Assembly (NCBI GenBank): GCA_004402915.1
Contig: SORU01000003.1
Location: 15,718-79,717, forward strand
Direction: 5' to 3'
Length of the DNA stretch: 64,000 nucleotides
DNA from: Fidelibacterota bacterium MT.SAG.2
GTDB lineage: Bacteria; Fidelibacterota; SORT01
Under the pieces are notes generated by a model that saw only the letters and a program-made list of their open reading frames with translations, did no database searches and was not told the DNA's origin. Positions 9,582 to 18,886 of this stretch are shown here, piece by piece. Numbering within the stretch: position 1 is the first letter of the stretch; the number at the start of each line of letters is the position of its first letter. A program made the translations under genes and the position numbers.

Positions 9582-10823
9582 ATGGGTCGGAATTCACTCA
9601 TCAAGGTGTGCATTCTATGTTTATTTTATCTGCCAATAACAAAGAATGCTTCAGGGCAAGCATTACAAGATGTAAATAGCTGGCTATATCAGCTTCAACA
9701 GATCGATATTGTCTCCATAGCAGCATCTTCTTTTGATCTGGTGGTCATTGATTATTCTTCAGACGGATCAGGAGACGGAGAATTCACTCTCAGCCAAATC
9801 CAGCAATTAAAGAATTCTGGTAAAATCGTACTCAGTTATATGTCCATCGGTGAGGCAGAGGACTATAGGTATTATTGGCAGTCAGGTTGGACGGAGGGGA
9901 ACCCTTCTTGGTTGGGGCCTACCAATCCTGCATGGGAAGGAAACTACAAGGTTCGTTATTGGATGGACGGTTGGAAACAAATAATTATGGGCTCGCCAGA
10001 CGCATATCTGGATAAGATCATCGCAGCGGGCTTTGACGGAATATATCTGGATATTATCGACGCATATTATTTCTTTGGACCAGAAGGGGATATGCCGGAA
10101 AATACTGATTCTGCAAACGATATGATTCAGTTTGTGATTGAAATGGCAGACTATGCAAGCGCAAATTGTTCGTGCGCTGATTTTTATATATTCCCGCAGA
10201 ACGGAGCGTCGATAATTGATGATGCCACAGCCGATTCCTCAACCATTTACCTGCAAAATATTCATGGAATCGGTGCGGAGGACACGTATTTCTTTGGCGA
10301 CCTTGATGAAAATAATCCATTCGACTTACAAACTTATGAACACGGATTGCTAAAACAATTTAGAGATGCAGGTAATTTGGTAATAGCAGTTGATTACGTC
10401 ACAGAAACAGTAAAAATAGATAGTTTCTATGCGTTTGCTGAGGCAGACAGTTTCATTCCATTTGCTACGGTTCGGGCATTGGATACTTTAATGATAAATC
10501 CCGGGCATTTTCCTATTCGAGTTATAAAAAGTGATCTAATTACGCCAACAAAATTTGAACTAAGTCAGAATTTCCCTAATCCGTTTAATCCAACGACCAT
10601 TATAAGATACGAAATTCCCAAATCGAGTAATGTCTTTTTATCAATATATAACATACGCGGTGAAGAGATAGATCGTCTCGTCAGTAAAGTTCAATCAGCG
10701 GGGATACACCAAATTACATGGTACGCCTCAAGTTTTGCATCCGGAATTTATTTCTACCGCCTCCAAGTTGGCAGATCCGAAAGCGATTTCGTTAAGACGA
10801 GGAAGATGGTGTTGTTGAAGTAA
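9582..10823 (+). CDS. MJ1477/TM1410-family (PelA/GH114/GH166-like) endo-alpha-1,4-polygalactosaminidase with T9SS type-A sorting tail
   Basis: 'FDLVVIDYS', 'YMSIGEAEDYRYYW' and 'GFDGIYLD' motifs; C-terminal 'QNFPNPFNP...TRKMVLLK'. ATG 9582 has SD GGAGG 6 nt upstream. Confidence 0.8.
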   Translation: MGRNSLIKVCILCLFYLPITKNASGQALQDVNSWLYQLQQIDIVSIAASSFDLVVIDYSSDGSGDGEFTLSQIQQLKNSGKIVLSYMSIGEAEDYRYYWQSGWTEGNPSWLGPTNPAWEGNYKVRYWMDGWKQIIMGSPDAYLDKIIAAGFDGIYLDIIDAYYFFGPEGDMPENTDSANDMIQFVIEMADYASANCSCADFYIFPQNGASIIDDATADSSTIYLQNIHGIGAEDTYFFGDLDENNPFDLQTYEHGLLKQFRDAGNLVIAVDYVTETVKIDSFYAFAEADSFIPFATVRALDTLMINPGHFPIRVIKSDLITPTKFELSQNFPNPFNPTTIIRYEIPKSSNVFLSIYNIRGEEIDRLVSKVQSAGIHQITWYASSFASGIYFYRLQVGRSESDFVKTRKMVLLK

Positions 10824-10882
10824 CTAAATCGGCATTAAGGGATTCCGGAGGAGTTAATTTGTAACAAACCGTGACAAAAAAA

Positions 10883-10940
10883 GGTCACTGGGGAATCACC
10901 ACTTCCCTTTGATCGTTGGCAGTAAATGGTTGGCATAGCA
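10883..10940 (+). repeat. 58-bp degenerate repeat, copy 2
   Basis: See 9304-9361. Confidence 0.7.
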
Positions 10941-11042
10941 GCATTGAAACCTTTTTACTTTTTCCTATGAAGGAAACGTCTTCTGAAAATAGAGTATGTT
11001 TAAGCTGGTAAATTAGTGGTTTGTAAATTAATATGAAGAATA

Positions 11043-12092
11043 ATGGATCTTATTAAAACAGTTCTTTCCAATCCCTACATGAAAGCGCTCATGATCGTTT
11101 TTGCATCCGTTCTTGCCGCGGCGATCGTTAAATGGATATTCGGTGGTATCTTAGCTCGCGCGGTCAAGCGATCTAAAACAACATTTGACGATAATTTGCT
11201 TGATCTGCTCAACAAACCTGTCTTTTACACCGTCCTGTTAGTCGGTATTGACATGGCCATTCACACTCTAAAGTTTCCCGACAACCTGCAATATATTTTC
11301 GTGGGCTTAATAAAAACAATCGTGATCCTGATTTGGACGGGATCAGCTTGGAAATTCGCTACCATGATACTGAGAGAACTCTCCGTATTACCTAAAAGCT
11401 ATAAAATCGTACAACCGCGCACTTTGCCTCTGTTTGACAATCTCGGCAAAATAATCATCTTTTCGGGAGCTTTCTATTTCTTGCTGCTTGCTTGGGATTT
11501 AAACATAACCGCCTGGTTGGCGTCTGCAGGTATAGTGGGAATCGCTATCGGCTTCGCCGCAAAGGATAGCCTCGCTAACCTGTTCGCAGGATTCTTCATC
11601 ATGGTGGACGCTCCTTACAAAGTCGGTGATTTTATAAATCTGGATGGAGGAGAAAGAGGAAAAATAACAGATATCGGGCTAAGAAGCACTCGTATGCTGA
11701 CGAGGGATGATGTGGAGATCACTATACCCAATTCGGTAATAGCCGGCTCGAAGATTATAAATGAAAGCGGCGGGCCTAATCTGAAACAACGCATACGGGT
11801 ATCCGTAGGAATTGCCTATGGCTCGGACATTGATTTAGTGAGAGAAACCCTTCTCGATATCGCGAGATCGAACAGTTATGTGCAGGAAGATCCGGAACCG
11901 AGAGTCAGGTTCCGGGAGTTCGGGGAATCGCAACTTTCCTTCCAACTGCTTTTCTGGATAGCGGAACCGGTCCTCCGAGGACGGGTGATCGACCAGCTGA
12001 ATTCAGAGATATACCGGAAGTTCAAGGAAAAGGAGATTGAAATTCCCTTTCCACAACGGATTGTTCATATACGTCCGGCGAAAGAAGATTAG
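11043..12092 (+). CDS. mscS: Small-conductance mechanosensitive channel family protein
   Basis: TM helices, 'GIAIGFAAKDSLANLFAG', 'PYKVGDFI', 'IGLRSTR' and 'EIPFPQR'. Confidence 0.9.
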   Translation: MDLIKTVLSNPYMKALMIVFASVLAAAIVKWIFGGILARAVKRSKTTFDDNLLDLLNKPVFYTVLLVGIDMAIHTLKFPDNLQYIFVGLIKTIVILIWTGSAWKFATMILRELSVLPKSYKIVQPRTLPLFDNLGKIIIFSGAFYFLLLAWDLNITAWLASAGIVGIAIGFAAKDSLANLFAGFFIMVDAPYKVGDFINLDGGERGKITDIGLRSTRMLTRDDVEITIPNSVIAGSKIINESGGPNLKQRIRVSVGIAYGSDIDLVRETLLDIARSNSYVQEDPEPRVRFREFGESQLSFQLLFWIAEPVLRGRVIDQLNSEIYRKFKEKEIEIPFPQRIVHIRPAKED

Positions 12093-12122
12093 GAAATTTT
12101 TACAGATAACAATCTGTCAATA

Positions 12123-12758
12123 ATGAACGATAAAATTATTATAACAGGGATTTGTGGAAGCCTGAGAGAAGGCAGCTATACGCGTATGGCGTTGAATATT
12201 GCGCTAATGGGCGCCAAAGATGCCGGGGCAAAGATAAATCTTATTGATCTACGCAAATACGATTTACCCCTAATGGATGGAAGGAGAGATGAAGAGACTT
12301 TCCCGGAAGATGTTTTCAGACTTAGGGATGAAGTTCAAAAATCCGATGGCATTATATTGGGGACACCGGAATATCATGGCGGTTATAGCGGCGTACTGAA
12401 AAATGCGTTAGACCTTATGGGTTTCGATGAATTTCAAGGGAAGATGATCGGATTATTGGGCGTAGCGGGTGGTTCGATGGGAGCCGCAAACTCCTTAAAT
12501 AGCCTGCAGACCGTCGGGCGTAATTTACGAGCGTGGGTCGTTCCCTTTCAAGTTTCTATTGCGTCGGCTTTTGAAGAGTTTGACAAAGAGGGTAATTTGA
12601 AAAACAGGGTGTTAGAACAAAGAGTAAAACAATTAGGTGAGAAAGTAACTCGATTCGCATATCTACATAAAATTGGAAAGTCGGAAGAATTCTTAAACGC
12701 CTGGCAAGTAGCCCCCGTTAATCCGGGCGGAGAACGCAGAAGTAAAGAAGGGAAATAG
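12123..12758 (+). CDS. NADPH-dependent FMN reductase (flavodoxin-like)
   Basis: 'GICGSLREGSYT' and 'GTPEYHGGYSGVLKNALD'. Confidence 0.9.
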   Translation: MNDKIIITGICGSLREGSYTRMALNIALMGAKDAGAKINLIDLRKYDLPLMDGRRDEETFPEDVFRLRDEVQKSDGIILGTPEYHGGYSGVLKNALDLMGFDEFQGKMIGLLGVAGGSMGAANSLNSLQTVGRNLRAWVVPFQVSIASAFEEFDKEGNLKNRVLEQRVKQLGEKVTRFAYLHKIGKSEEFLNAWQVAPVNPGGERRSKEGK

Positions 12759-12876
12759 AATATAGTTAATAAGGCAGTTTCTGATTCCGCTTAACATAAA
12801 TTTTGACATTAATATTTCTTTATAAATATTCTGAGAGCACTGTAGTATAATATTTATACGAACACGCATGATACTG

Positions 12877-12992
12877 CTCCTGAAATAGGACGGTGCCATA
12901 AACGAAGGTGATGAGACACATTTTAAGTTTTCCAAAAACGTATGTTAAAACACCTAAAGAGAATTAAATTGGCAATCATTTCCCTTGTGAAG
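12877..12992 (+). repeat. Longest copy of the dispersed 'ATGAGACACATTTT' intergenic repeat family (others at 6993-7031, 9459-9502, 16265-16307, 31491-31534, 35174-35215)
   Basis: Pairwise by-eye identities: 9459/31491 36/44; 6999/12917 28/33; 12877/35174 about 32/44; AATCATTTCCCTTG shared by 12974 and 16289. Confidence 0.65.
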
Positions 12993-13055
12993 CCATGCTC
13001 TTAAGTCTAAGTTATTTCATTGATGTAGCGCTGTTATTGATCAACGAAATAACCG

Positions 13056-14822
13056 ATGGAGATTCATTTGTATTTTTATAAATTAAAGTTCAGAAGCAGG
13101 ATTATAGTTCTCTTATCCTGCATATTTTTTGTCCAATGCGGCTCAGAAGATTCGATTGACTCAGCTAAAACGAAATTATTAAATAAGGATGGCGGTCAAC
13201 TGAATGAAGATCTTCAATCGCTTGCGGCAGAATTTTTCAATTGGCGTTCTGCGACTCAGCCCGCTGCAGGCGATGATATCCCTCGGGTTGAGCGTCCTGA
13301 CAATTGGGTTCCTGATTATTCACAGGAGGCGCTCTTAGAGATAAAAACAAAGTATAAAGAGTTCACAGTCAGGCTTGAAGAGATTCCAAAAGAAAATTGG
13401 CATGTGTCCGATTCGGTGGATTATTTGATATTAAGGTCCGCAGTAGAAAGAGTAAACTGGGAATTCACAGTGTTGAATGCTCCAAGTCGCAATCCGGATT
13501 TTTACGTTCAACAGACATTAGGCGCAGTTTTCGAATTACTATTGATAAGTACTCCGATGAGCGAACAAAGAGCTACAAATATCATTGCCAGATTAAATTC
13601 TTTTTTACAGACAGTAGAAGACGCTAAAACAAATTTAACTCTGCCGGTTGCTTCATTTACTGATATCGCTCTTGGAAATCTTGAAAACATCAGGAAAAAA
13701 TTGGAAGCTACAAACGATGCATTAATGCCGTTATTCCCTGAAAGATTACATGAAGAGTTAGGTCATGCAAGCGAAAGTGCCATCAAAGCGTTGGAGGATT
13801 ACGCAATATGGCTAAAAATGAAACATCCCGAAATGACAAACGATTTTAGCGTTGGCAAAGAAGCCTATGAATACTTTTTAGATAATATTGCTTTGATCCC
13901 ATATTCTCCGGAGGAGTTGCTGAAGCAGGGAGAGTTAGAGTGGAACCGTTCGGTGCTGTTAGAAGAATTTGAACAATTAAGAAATTCCAAACTCCCTGAA
14001 CCGACATTGTTTGCTACCGTAGAAGAGCAGCTGTCGCAAGCAAAAATAGAGGAAGAAAATATAAGAGTATTTCTTGAAGAGAATGATATAATGACGGTTC
14101 CTGAATCGTTATCACATTATCTCAGCGTAAAAATTCCTCCTCATTTGGCGCCTCTCGCGTATATGGGAGTGATGGATGATCTTACGTCAGAATCACGATT
14201 AAAAGAGACTGCGGTAAGGTATATCCCTGAACCTTCGCCCTATCTGCCTTATTTCAGTCTGTCATCTGCGCAGGATCCAAGACCTCTTATCATTCACGAA
14301 GGAGTACCGGGTCATTATTTTCAGATGGCGCTTTCCTGGAGCAATTCGGATCCTATCCGAAGACGTTTTATCGATTCAGGAGCAAACGAAGGTATCGGTT
14401 TTTATGTAGAGGAGATGATGCTTCAATTCGGTCTTTTTGATGACAAGCCCCGAAGCAGAGAGATCATCTATAGCTTCATGAGATTAAGGGCATTAAGGGT
14501 TGAAGTAGACATTCGTCTCGCAGTGGGAGAATTTGATATAGAAGAAGCCGGAGAGTATTTGGAGAAGAAAGTGCCTTTGGACAAAGAGACGGCAATAAAC
14601 GAGGCAGGGTTTTTCGCATACAATCCCGGTCAGGCGATCTCTTATCAGATCGGCAAATTACAAATAATGAAGTTTTTGAGCGATGCGAAGATCATGAAGG
14701 GCGATAAATTCGATCTTCGCAAAATTCATGATTATTTGATGCTGAACGGGAATGTCCCGATCGCTCTACTGCGTTGGGAATATTTAGGACTGAGAGACGA
14801 GATCGAACAATTTTTTAATTGA
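13056..14822 (+). CDS. DUF885-family lipoprotein (putative metallopeptidase-like)
   Basis: Lipobox-like 'FFVQC'; 'IHEGVPGHYFQ', 'EGIGFYVE' and 'PGQAISYQIGK' typical of DUF885. Confidence 0.8.
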   Translation: MEIHLYFYKLKFRSRIIVLLSCIFFVQCGSEDSIDSAKTKLLNKDGGQLNEDLQSLAAEFFNWRSATQPAAGDDIPRVERPDNWVPDYSQEALLEIKTKYKEFTVRLEEIPKENWHVSDSVDYLILRSAVERVNWEFTVLNAPSRNPDFYVQQTLGAVFELLLISTPMSEQRATNIIARLNSFLQTVEDAKTNLTLPVASFTDIALGNLENIRKKLEATNDALMPLFPERLHEELGHASESAIKALEDYAIWLKMKHPEMTNDFSVGKEAYEYFLDNIALIPYSPEELLKQGELEWNRSVLLEEFEQLRNSKLPEPTLFATVEEQLSQAKIEEENIRVFLEENDIMTVPESLSHYLSVKIPPHLAPLAYMGVMDDLTSESRLKETAVRYIPEPSPYLPYFSLSSAQDPRPLIIHEGVPGHYFQMALSWSNSDPIRRRFIDSGANEGIGFYVEEMMLQFGLFDDKPRSREIIYSFMRLRALRVEVDIRLAVGEFDIEEAGEYLEKKVPLDKETAINEAGFFAYNPGQAISYQIGKLQIMKFLSDAKIMKGDKFDLRKIHDYLMLNGNVPIALLRWEYLGLRDEIEQFFN

Positions 14823-14869
14823 TATATAGTGAATTAATAGATTTCTATCAATTATATTAGCAAACAAAG

Positions 14870-15169
14870 ATGGCGTATAAATTTAAAATAGGACATGTAG
14901 TCCATCACAAACGGTACGATTATTTCGGGGTGATATTTCATGCCGATGAAGTATGTAGAGCTGAGGACAGATGGTATTATCGGAACAGGACACAACCGAC
15001 TCGACAGCAGCCGTGGTATAACGTGCTCGTCGACGGCGGGAGTGAGACCTATGTTGCAGAAGAAAACCTCGAATTCGACCGTACGGGTAAGAAGATAGTA
15101 CATCCTATGCTTAACCAGATGTTCTTGTCATATCATGACGGAAGGTATTTTGAAATGAGCTTGAATTAG
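14870..15169 (+). CDS. hspQ: Heat-shock protein HspQ/YccV-like
   Basis: 'KFKIGHVVHHKRYDYFGVI' and 'QPWYNVLVDG.SETYVAEENL'. Confidence 0.85.
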   Translation: MAYKFKIGHVVHHKRYDYFGVIFHADEVCRAEDRWYYRNRTQPTRQQPWYNVLVDGGSETYVAEENLEFDRTGKKIVHPMLNQMFLSYHDGRYFEMSLN

Positions 15170-15216
15170 CCGGAATACAAAATTCTTTAAGCTTCGCTGG
15201 TTGTCTCAACTATAAA

Positions 15217-15636
15217 ATGAATAAATCAAAATTAACAAAGCCTGAATCGATTGAAACTCCGCAAAAACCAATGCTGATATTTGATAATGAATGTGGATTT
15301 TGCAGTGGAATGGCTTTCAAATGGCAAGAAAAGACCGGCGAGCAAATCAGATTTGTGCCTTACAACGAAATCTCCGAAAACTTGCGGGATCCTGCCATCG
15401 AAGGATTCGAAAATGAAATGAAATTACTGTATCCTGACGGCAGGGTTTACAGCGGCGCAGCCGCCGCTTTCAAGGTGATAGAACATTCAAAATCTCCTCT
15501 GAGAGTATTAAGCTGGTTTTACAATAACACTCGTTTTTTTGACCCAATCTGGGAAGGAGTTTACAAGATAGTAGCGAGAAACAGGAATAGGTTTACGTTT
15601 GCAAAAGGAGTATCAACTCATAAACATAATTTTTGA
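15217..15636 (+). CDS. DCC1-like thiol-disulfide oxidoreductase (DUF393)
   Basis: 'LIFDNECGFC' (DxxCxxC) and 'YKIVARNR'. Confidence 0.85.
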   Translation: MNKSKLTKPESIETPQKPMLIFDNECGFCSGMAFKWQEKTGEQIRFVPYNEISENLRDPAIEGFENEMKLLYPDGRVYSGAAAAFKVIEHSKSPLRVLSWFYNNTRFFDPIWEGVYKIVARNRNRFTFAKGVSTHKHNF

Positions 15637-16217
15637 CTCCTCAATTCGCAGTGCCCAAACTCATGAGAAAGAGACCCTGTGATAATTGGCTTCAGAGCCA
15701 TGGTGAACTAGTTACTGATAGATCAGTAATGAAACTGCACTCAGCCGGCGCATTCAATGATTGCGTCAGGATTTACGGACTATTCGTAAATGCGTCCGGT
15801 GACAGCACCCAATTTAGTCTTTTCCATTATGCTCCGGGCATAGGAGAAGTATCCAATAACACGTACAACGTGTCGGGGTGGTTTGCTCTGTTGGAACTCA
15901 CAGAATATTCTGTTCTGATTTCTGTTGAGGAGGGAGGAATAACGGTAATCCCAACTGATTTTGACTTGCATCAAAATTATCCGAACCCGTTCAATCCGGT
16001 GACGACAATAGAATATTCTCTTCCTGTTGTGGGAGAAGTATCGCTGATAATTTATAACCTTATTGGAGAGAAAGTGACTAGTCTGGTTAAAGAAAACCAA
16101 CGTGCAGGCTATCACCACATTACCTGGGATGCTTCAAACAATGCCTCCGGCATCTATTTCTAAAGGCTCAAAGCAGGTGATTTCGTCCAAACGAGGAAGA
16201 TGCTGCTTCTCAAATAG
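15633..16217 (+). pseudogene. Relic of a T9SS-sorted protein with an in-frame TAA inside its sorting tail
   Basis: 'QNYPNPFNP...GIYF*RLKAGDFVQTRKMLLLK*'. TAA 16161-63 interrupts the CTD, which continues in frame to TAG 16215-17. No signal peptide. Confidence 0.75.
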
Positions 16218-16361
16218 AGCTGTGTCATCAGCTCCGCTTATCACAGAAAATTTCGCGTTGCCCTAACGCCTAAAAGGATTATTTCAGAAATCATTTCCCT
16301 TGCGGAGATTTCATCGAAGCGTTATCTTTCAAACCTGATTCTTATTTAGAAAGGATATTGA

Positions 16362-16472
16362 TTGACGCCTATTGCACCTAAACATAAGCTTGCTGTAATC
16401 ATGTTTTCCGACATGGTAGGGTATATCACTCAGAGGGAAAATCTAATAAAAATTACCATATTTGCGCAATGA
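16362..16472 (+). pseudogene. 36-aa N-terminal remnant of a class III adenylate/guanylate cyclase
   Basis: SD AGAAAGGA, then TTG; reads MTPIAPKHKLAVIMFSDMVGYITQ..., matching the cyclase 'RKLAAIMFTDIVGYT' motif, then stops overlapping (ATGA) the next gene. Confidence 0.6.
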
Positions 16473-17308
16473 GTTGGGAAATGTCAAAAAATCGTGTGGA
16501 GGCATTCACTGACGGCGTATTGGCGATCATAATTACAATTTTAGTATTAGAACTGGATATGCCTGAAATGCCTGCAAGTGCTAATGGAAGTGAATTTATC
16601 TCCATCCTTCCCGAATTGATGCCACAGCTAATTTCATATCTGGTTAGTTTCTTAGTTGTTGCCATATATTGGGTCAATCATCATAGCTTCTTCCATCGTC
16701 TGTCAAGTACTAACCATACACTTATCTGGCTAAATGTACACTTTCTATTCTGGGTGTCCTTAATCCCATTCCCGACAGGTCATATGGGGGAACATCCGTT
16801 CTCAATAATGGCCAATGTTATCCTGGCTGCAGTATTCTTTATGGGTTCTTTATCCTTTAAGATGATGTCGAGTTATTCCATGTTTGGGAGTAATATTTGC
16901 CAGGATTCTTTACAACATGAAGAGAAGAAACGTATAGCCCGTATTGAATGGATAGGTCCTATTCTTTACGCAACGGCTATTGGAATCGCCTTTATCGATA
17001 CAAGAATTTCCATACTGCTGATGATCGTTACGCCTTTAGTTTACTTCATTCCTGCAAGGGAAAAGAAGAAGGTCAGAAGCATTCGGAATGAAAAGGGAGT
17101 CATTAAGGAATATACCAACGACAATATCAAGATAACTTGGAAACCGGAATTGTGTGAACATGCCGGCAACTGCTTTAACGGGCTTCCTAAGGTATTCAAT
17201 CCCAAGGAACGCCCATGGATTAATATTGACGCAGCCACGAGTGAGGAGATTATCCATCAGGTTAATCATTGTCCCACCGACGCGCTTTCATTCATAAAAA
17301 TTAAATAA
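16469..17308 (+). CDS. TMEM175-family K+ channel fused to a C-terminal divergent 4Fe-4S (Fer4_19/YjdI-like) domain
   Basis: 'RVEAFTDGVLAIIITILVLEL', 'YWVNHH' and 'SLIPFPT' (TMEM175); tail 'ITWKPELCEHAGNC...FNPKERPWIN...CPTDALSF'. Confidence 0.8.
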   Translation: MSWEMSKNRVEAFTDGVLAIIITILVLELDMPEMPASANGSEFISILPELMPQLISYLVSFLVVAIYWVNHHSFFHRLSSTNHTLIWLNVHFLFWVSLIPFPTGHMGEHPFSIMANVILAAVFFMGSLSFKMMSSYSMFGSNICQDSLQHEEKKRIARIEWIGPILYATAIGIAFIDTRISILLMIVTPLVYFIPAREKKKVRSIRNEKGVIKEYTNDNIKITWKPELCEHAGNCFNGLPKVFNPKERPWINIDAATSEEIIHQVNHCPTDALSFIKIK

Positions 17309-17490
17309 GAAGAGCTGATTTAGTCGATTAGATTTGAATTCTATTAATTTTGGTCAATCCTCACAAAACATATAATAAAACTCCCAATAGGTTTAATCTG
17401 GTATTCATTTTTCTTGCGGGAGAATGCAACAAGAGGTATTTTCAATTCTTAGCAAGTATATTCAAATTATAAAAATAGAAAGATATAAAT

Positions 17491-18408
17491 ATGCAGAATA
17501 AAAAATTCGTATTCCAAAATGTTTTGATGATAATTTTATGGTCATTGTTACTTAATACAAACATTGGCGCAAAAGGCTTACCGGAACATACGACCAAAGT
17601 AGCCGACGGAGTTTATACTTTCGGTGATCCCGCCGGAGGATATATATCAATGTTTGTCGTGACTAAAAAAGGAGTTATAGTTGTAGAGCCTAATAATACA
17701 GCGCATTCTACCGCAATGTTAAAAGCGATTAAGAAGGTTACAAAGAAACCCATTAAATATTTACTTCACAGCCATAATCATTGGGATCATTCCGGCGGTG
17801 GACAAGTTTTCCGAGATGTGGGAGCAACCATCATAGCACATGCAGAGGCCTATGAATGGATGAAGGCGAATCCGAATGATGATATGGTTTTACCCGATGA
17901 AAGTTGGGCTGGCAATAGAAAAAATATTGAATTGGATAAAAGAACGATCGAATTGTATTATTTCGGAATGAATCATGGCTTAGGCATGACAGTGTTTCGA
18001 CTTCCGAAAGATAAAATAATTTTTATCGCGGATATCGTCACTCCCAACCGCTTACTTTTCACAATTGTGCCTGATTTTAACGTAAAGGAATGGATACGAA
18101 CTCTTAAAGAGATCGAAGAGATGGATTTTGAGAAAGTTATTTTCACTCATGGGAGCCCTACTGTCGGAACAAAAAAAGATATTGCCGGGAATCGTGAGTT
18201 TATAGAAGATTTACAAAACGCGATCTACGCTGAATTTCAAAAAGGAACAAACCCGTTCATGATTCCCAACGTTGTTAAAGTACCTAAATATGAGAAGTGG
18301 GCTATGTATGATGAATGGTTGACTATGAATGCCTGGAGACTGCTTCTGGACGGTCATATGGGTCCCTTTCCTTGGAGACCGGACCATCCTTATGAGATGA
18401 ACAAGTAA
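17491..18408 (+). CDS. Exported metallo-beta-lactamase-fold hydrolase
   Basis: Signal peptide; 'SHNHWDHSGG' HxHxDH motif. Confidence 0.85.
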   Translation: MQNKKFVFQNVLMIILWSLLLNTNIGAKGLPEHTTKVADGVYTFGDPAGGYISMFVVTKKGVIVVEPNNTAHSTAMLKAIKKVTKKPIKYLLHSHNHWDHSGGGQVFRDVGATIIAHAEAYEWMKANPNDDMVLPDESWAGNRKNIELDKRTIELYYFGMNHGLGMTVFRLPKDKIIFIADIVTPNRLLFTIVPDFNVKEWIRTLKEIEEMDFEKVIFTHGSPTVGTKKDIAGNREFIEDLQNAIYAEFQKGTNPFMIPNVVKVPKYEKWAMYDEWLTMNAWRLLLDGHMGPFPWRPDHPYEMNK

Positions 18409-18458
18409 TATTTTTTTGTGTTTCATGATGCATCAATGATACTATTAAGGCGAGCAAC

Positions 18459-18836
18459 ATGAAAATTGCTCTTTGGATTGCACATATACTGCTCATATTC
18501 ATGTTCGGAATGACCGGATATATGAAAGCTTTTACACCGATTGAAGAGTTAGCTTCCCGGATGGACTGGGTAACTTCCGTGCCTGTGTGGATTGTTAGAT
18601 TAGCAGCTGTCTCTGAACTCTCTGCCGTGCTGGCACTTATTGCTATTCCCCTAATAAAGCGATACACATTCCTTGTTCCTTTAGCGGCGGCAGGACTGAC
18701 ACTCATTATGGTCGGTTCGCTGTTTGTTCATGTCCCACGTGGCGAACCGTTCATATTTAATCTGGTGATTGGTGGAGTAGCTGCGTTTGTCGCTTGGGGA
18801 CGCTGGAAACTGATGCCCGTTGGTGAAGGTAGTTAA
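18459..18836 (+). CDS. DoxX-like membrane protein
   Basis: Four hydrophobic segments; 'AAAGLTLIMVGSLFVH' and 'AFVAWGRW'. Confidence 0.8.
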   Translation: MKIALWIAHILLIFMFGMTGYMKAFTPIEELASRMDWVTSVPVWIVRLAAVSELSAVLALIAIPLIKRYTFLVPLAAAGLTLIMVGSLFVHVPRGEPFIFNLVIGGVAAFVAWGRWKLMPVGEGS

Positions 18837-18886
18837 AAAAACGTCTACGATAAAACCGATAACATAATTCTGAATAGTTAACGAAT

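Noticed and set aside
9332-10950. TGGCA boxes in the 58-bp repeats as sigma-54 promoters
   Set aside because: None has GC (TTGC) at the required GG-N10-GC spacing.
12885-12920. CCATAAACG...TGATGAGACAC (also 35192-35215 and the reverse of 16218-35) resembling a fluoride riboswitch
   Set aside because: The P1 5' strand, P2 hairpin and pseudoknot pairing cannot be formed, and no crcB/eriC-type gene follows.
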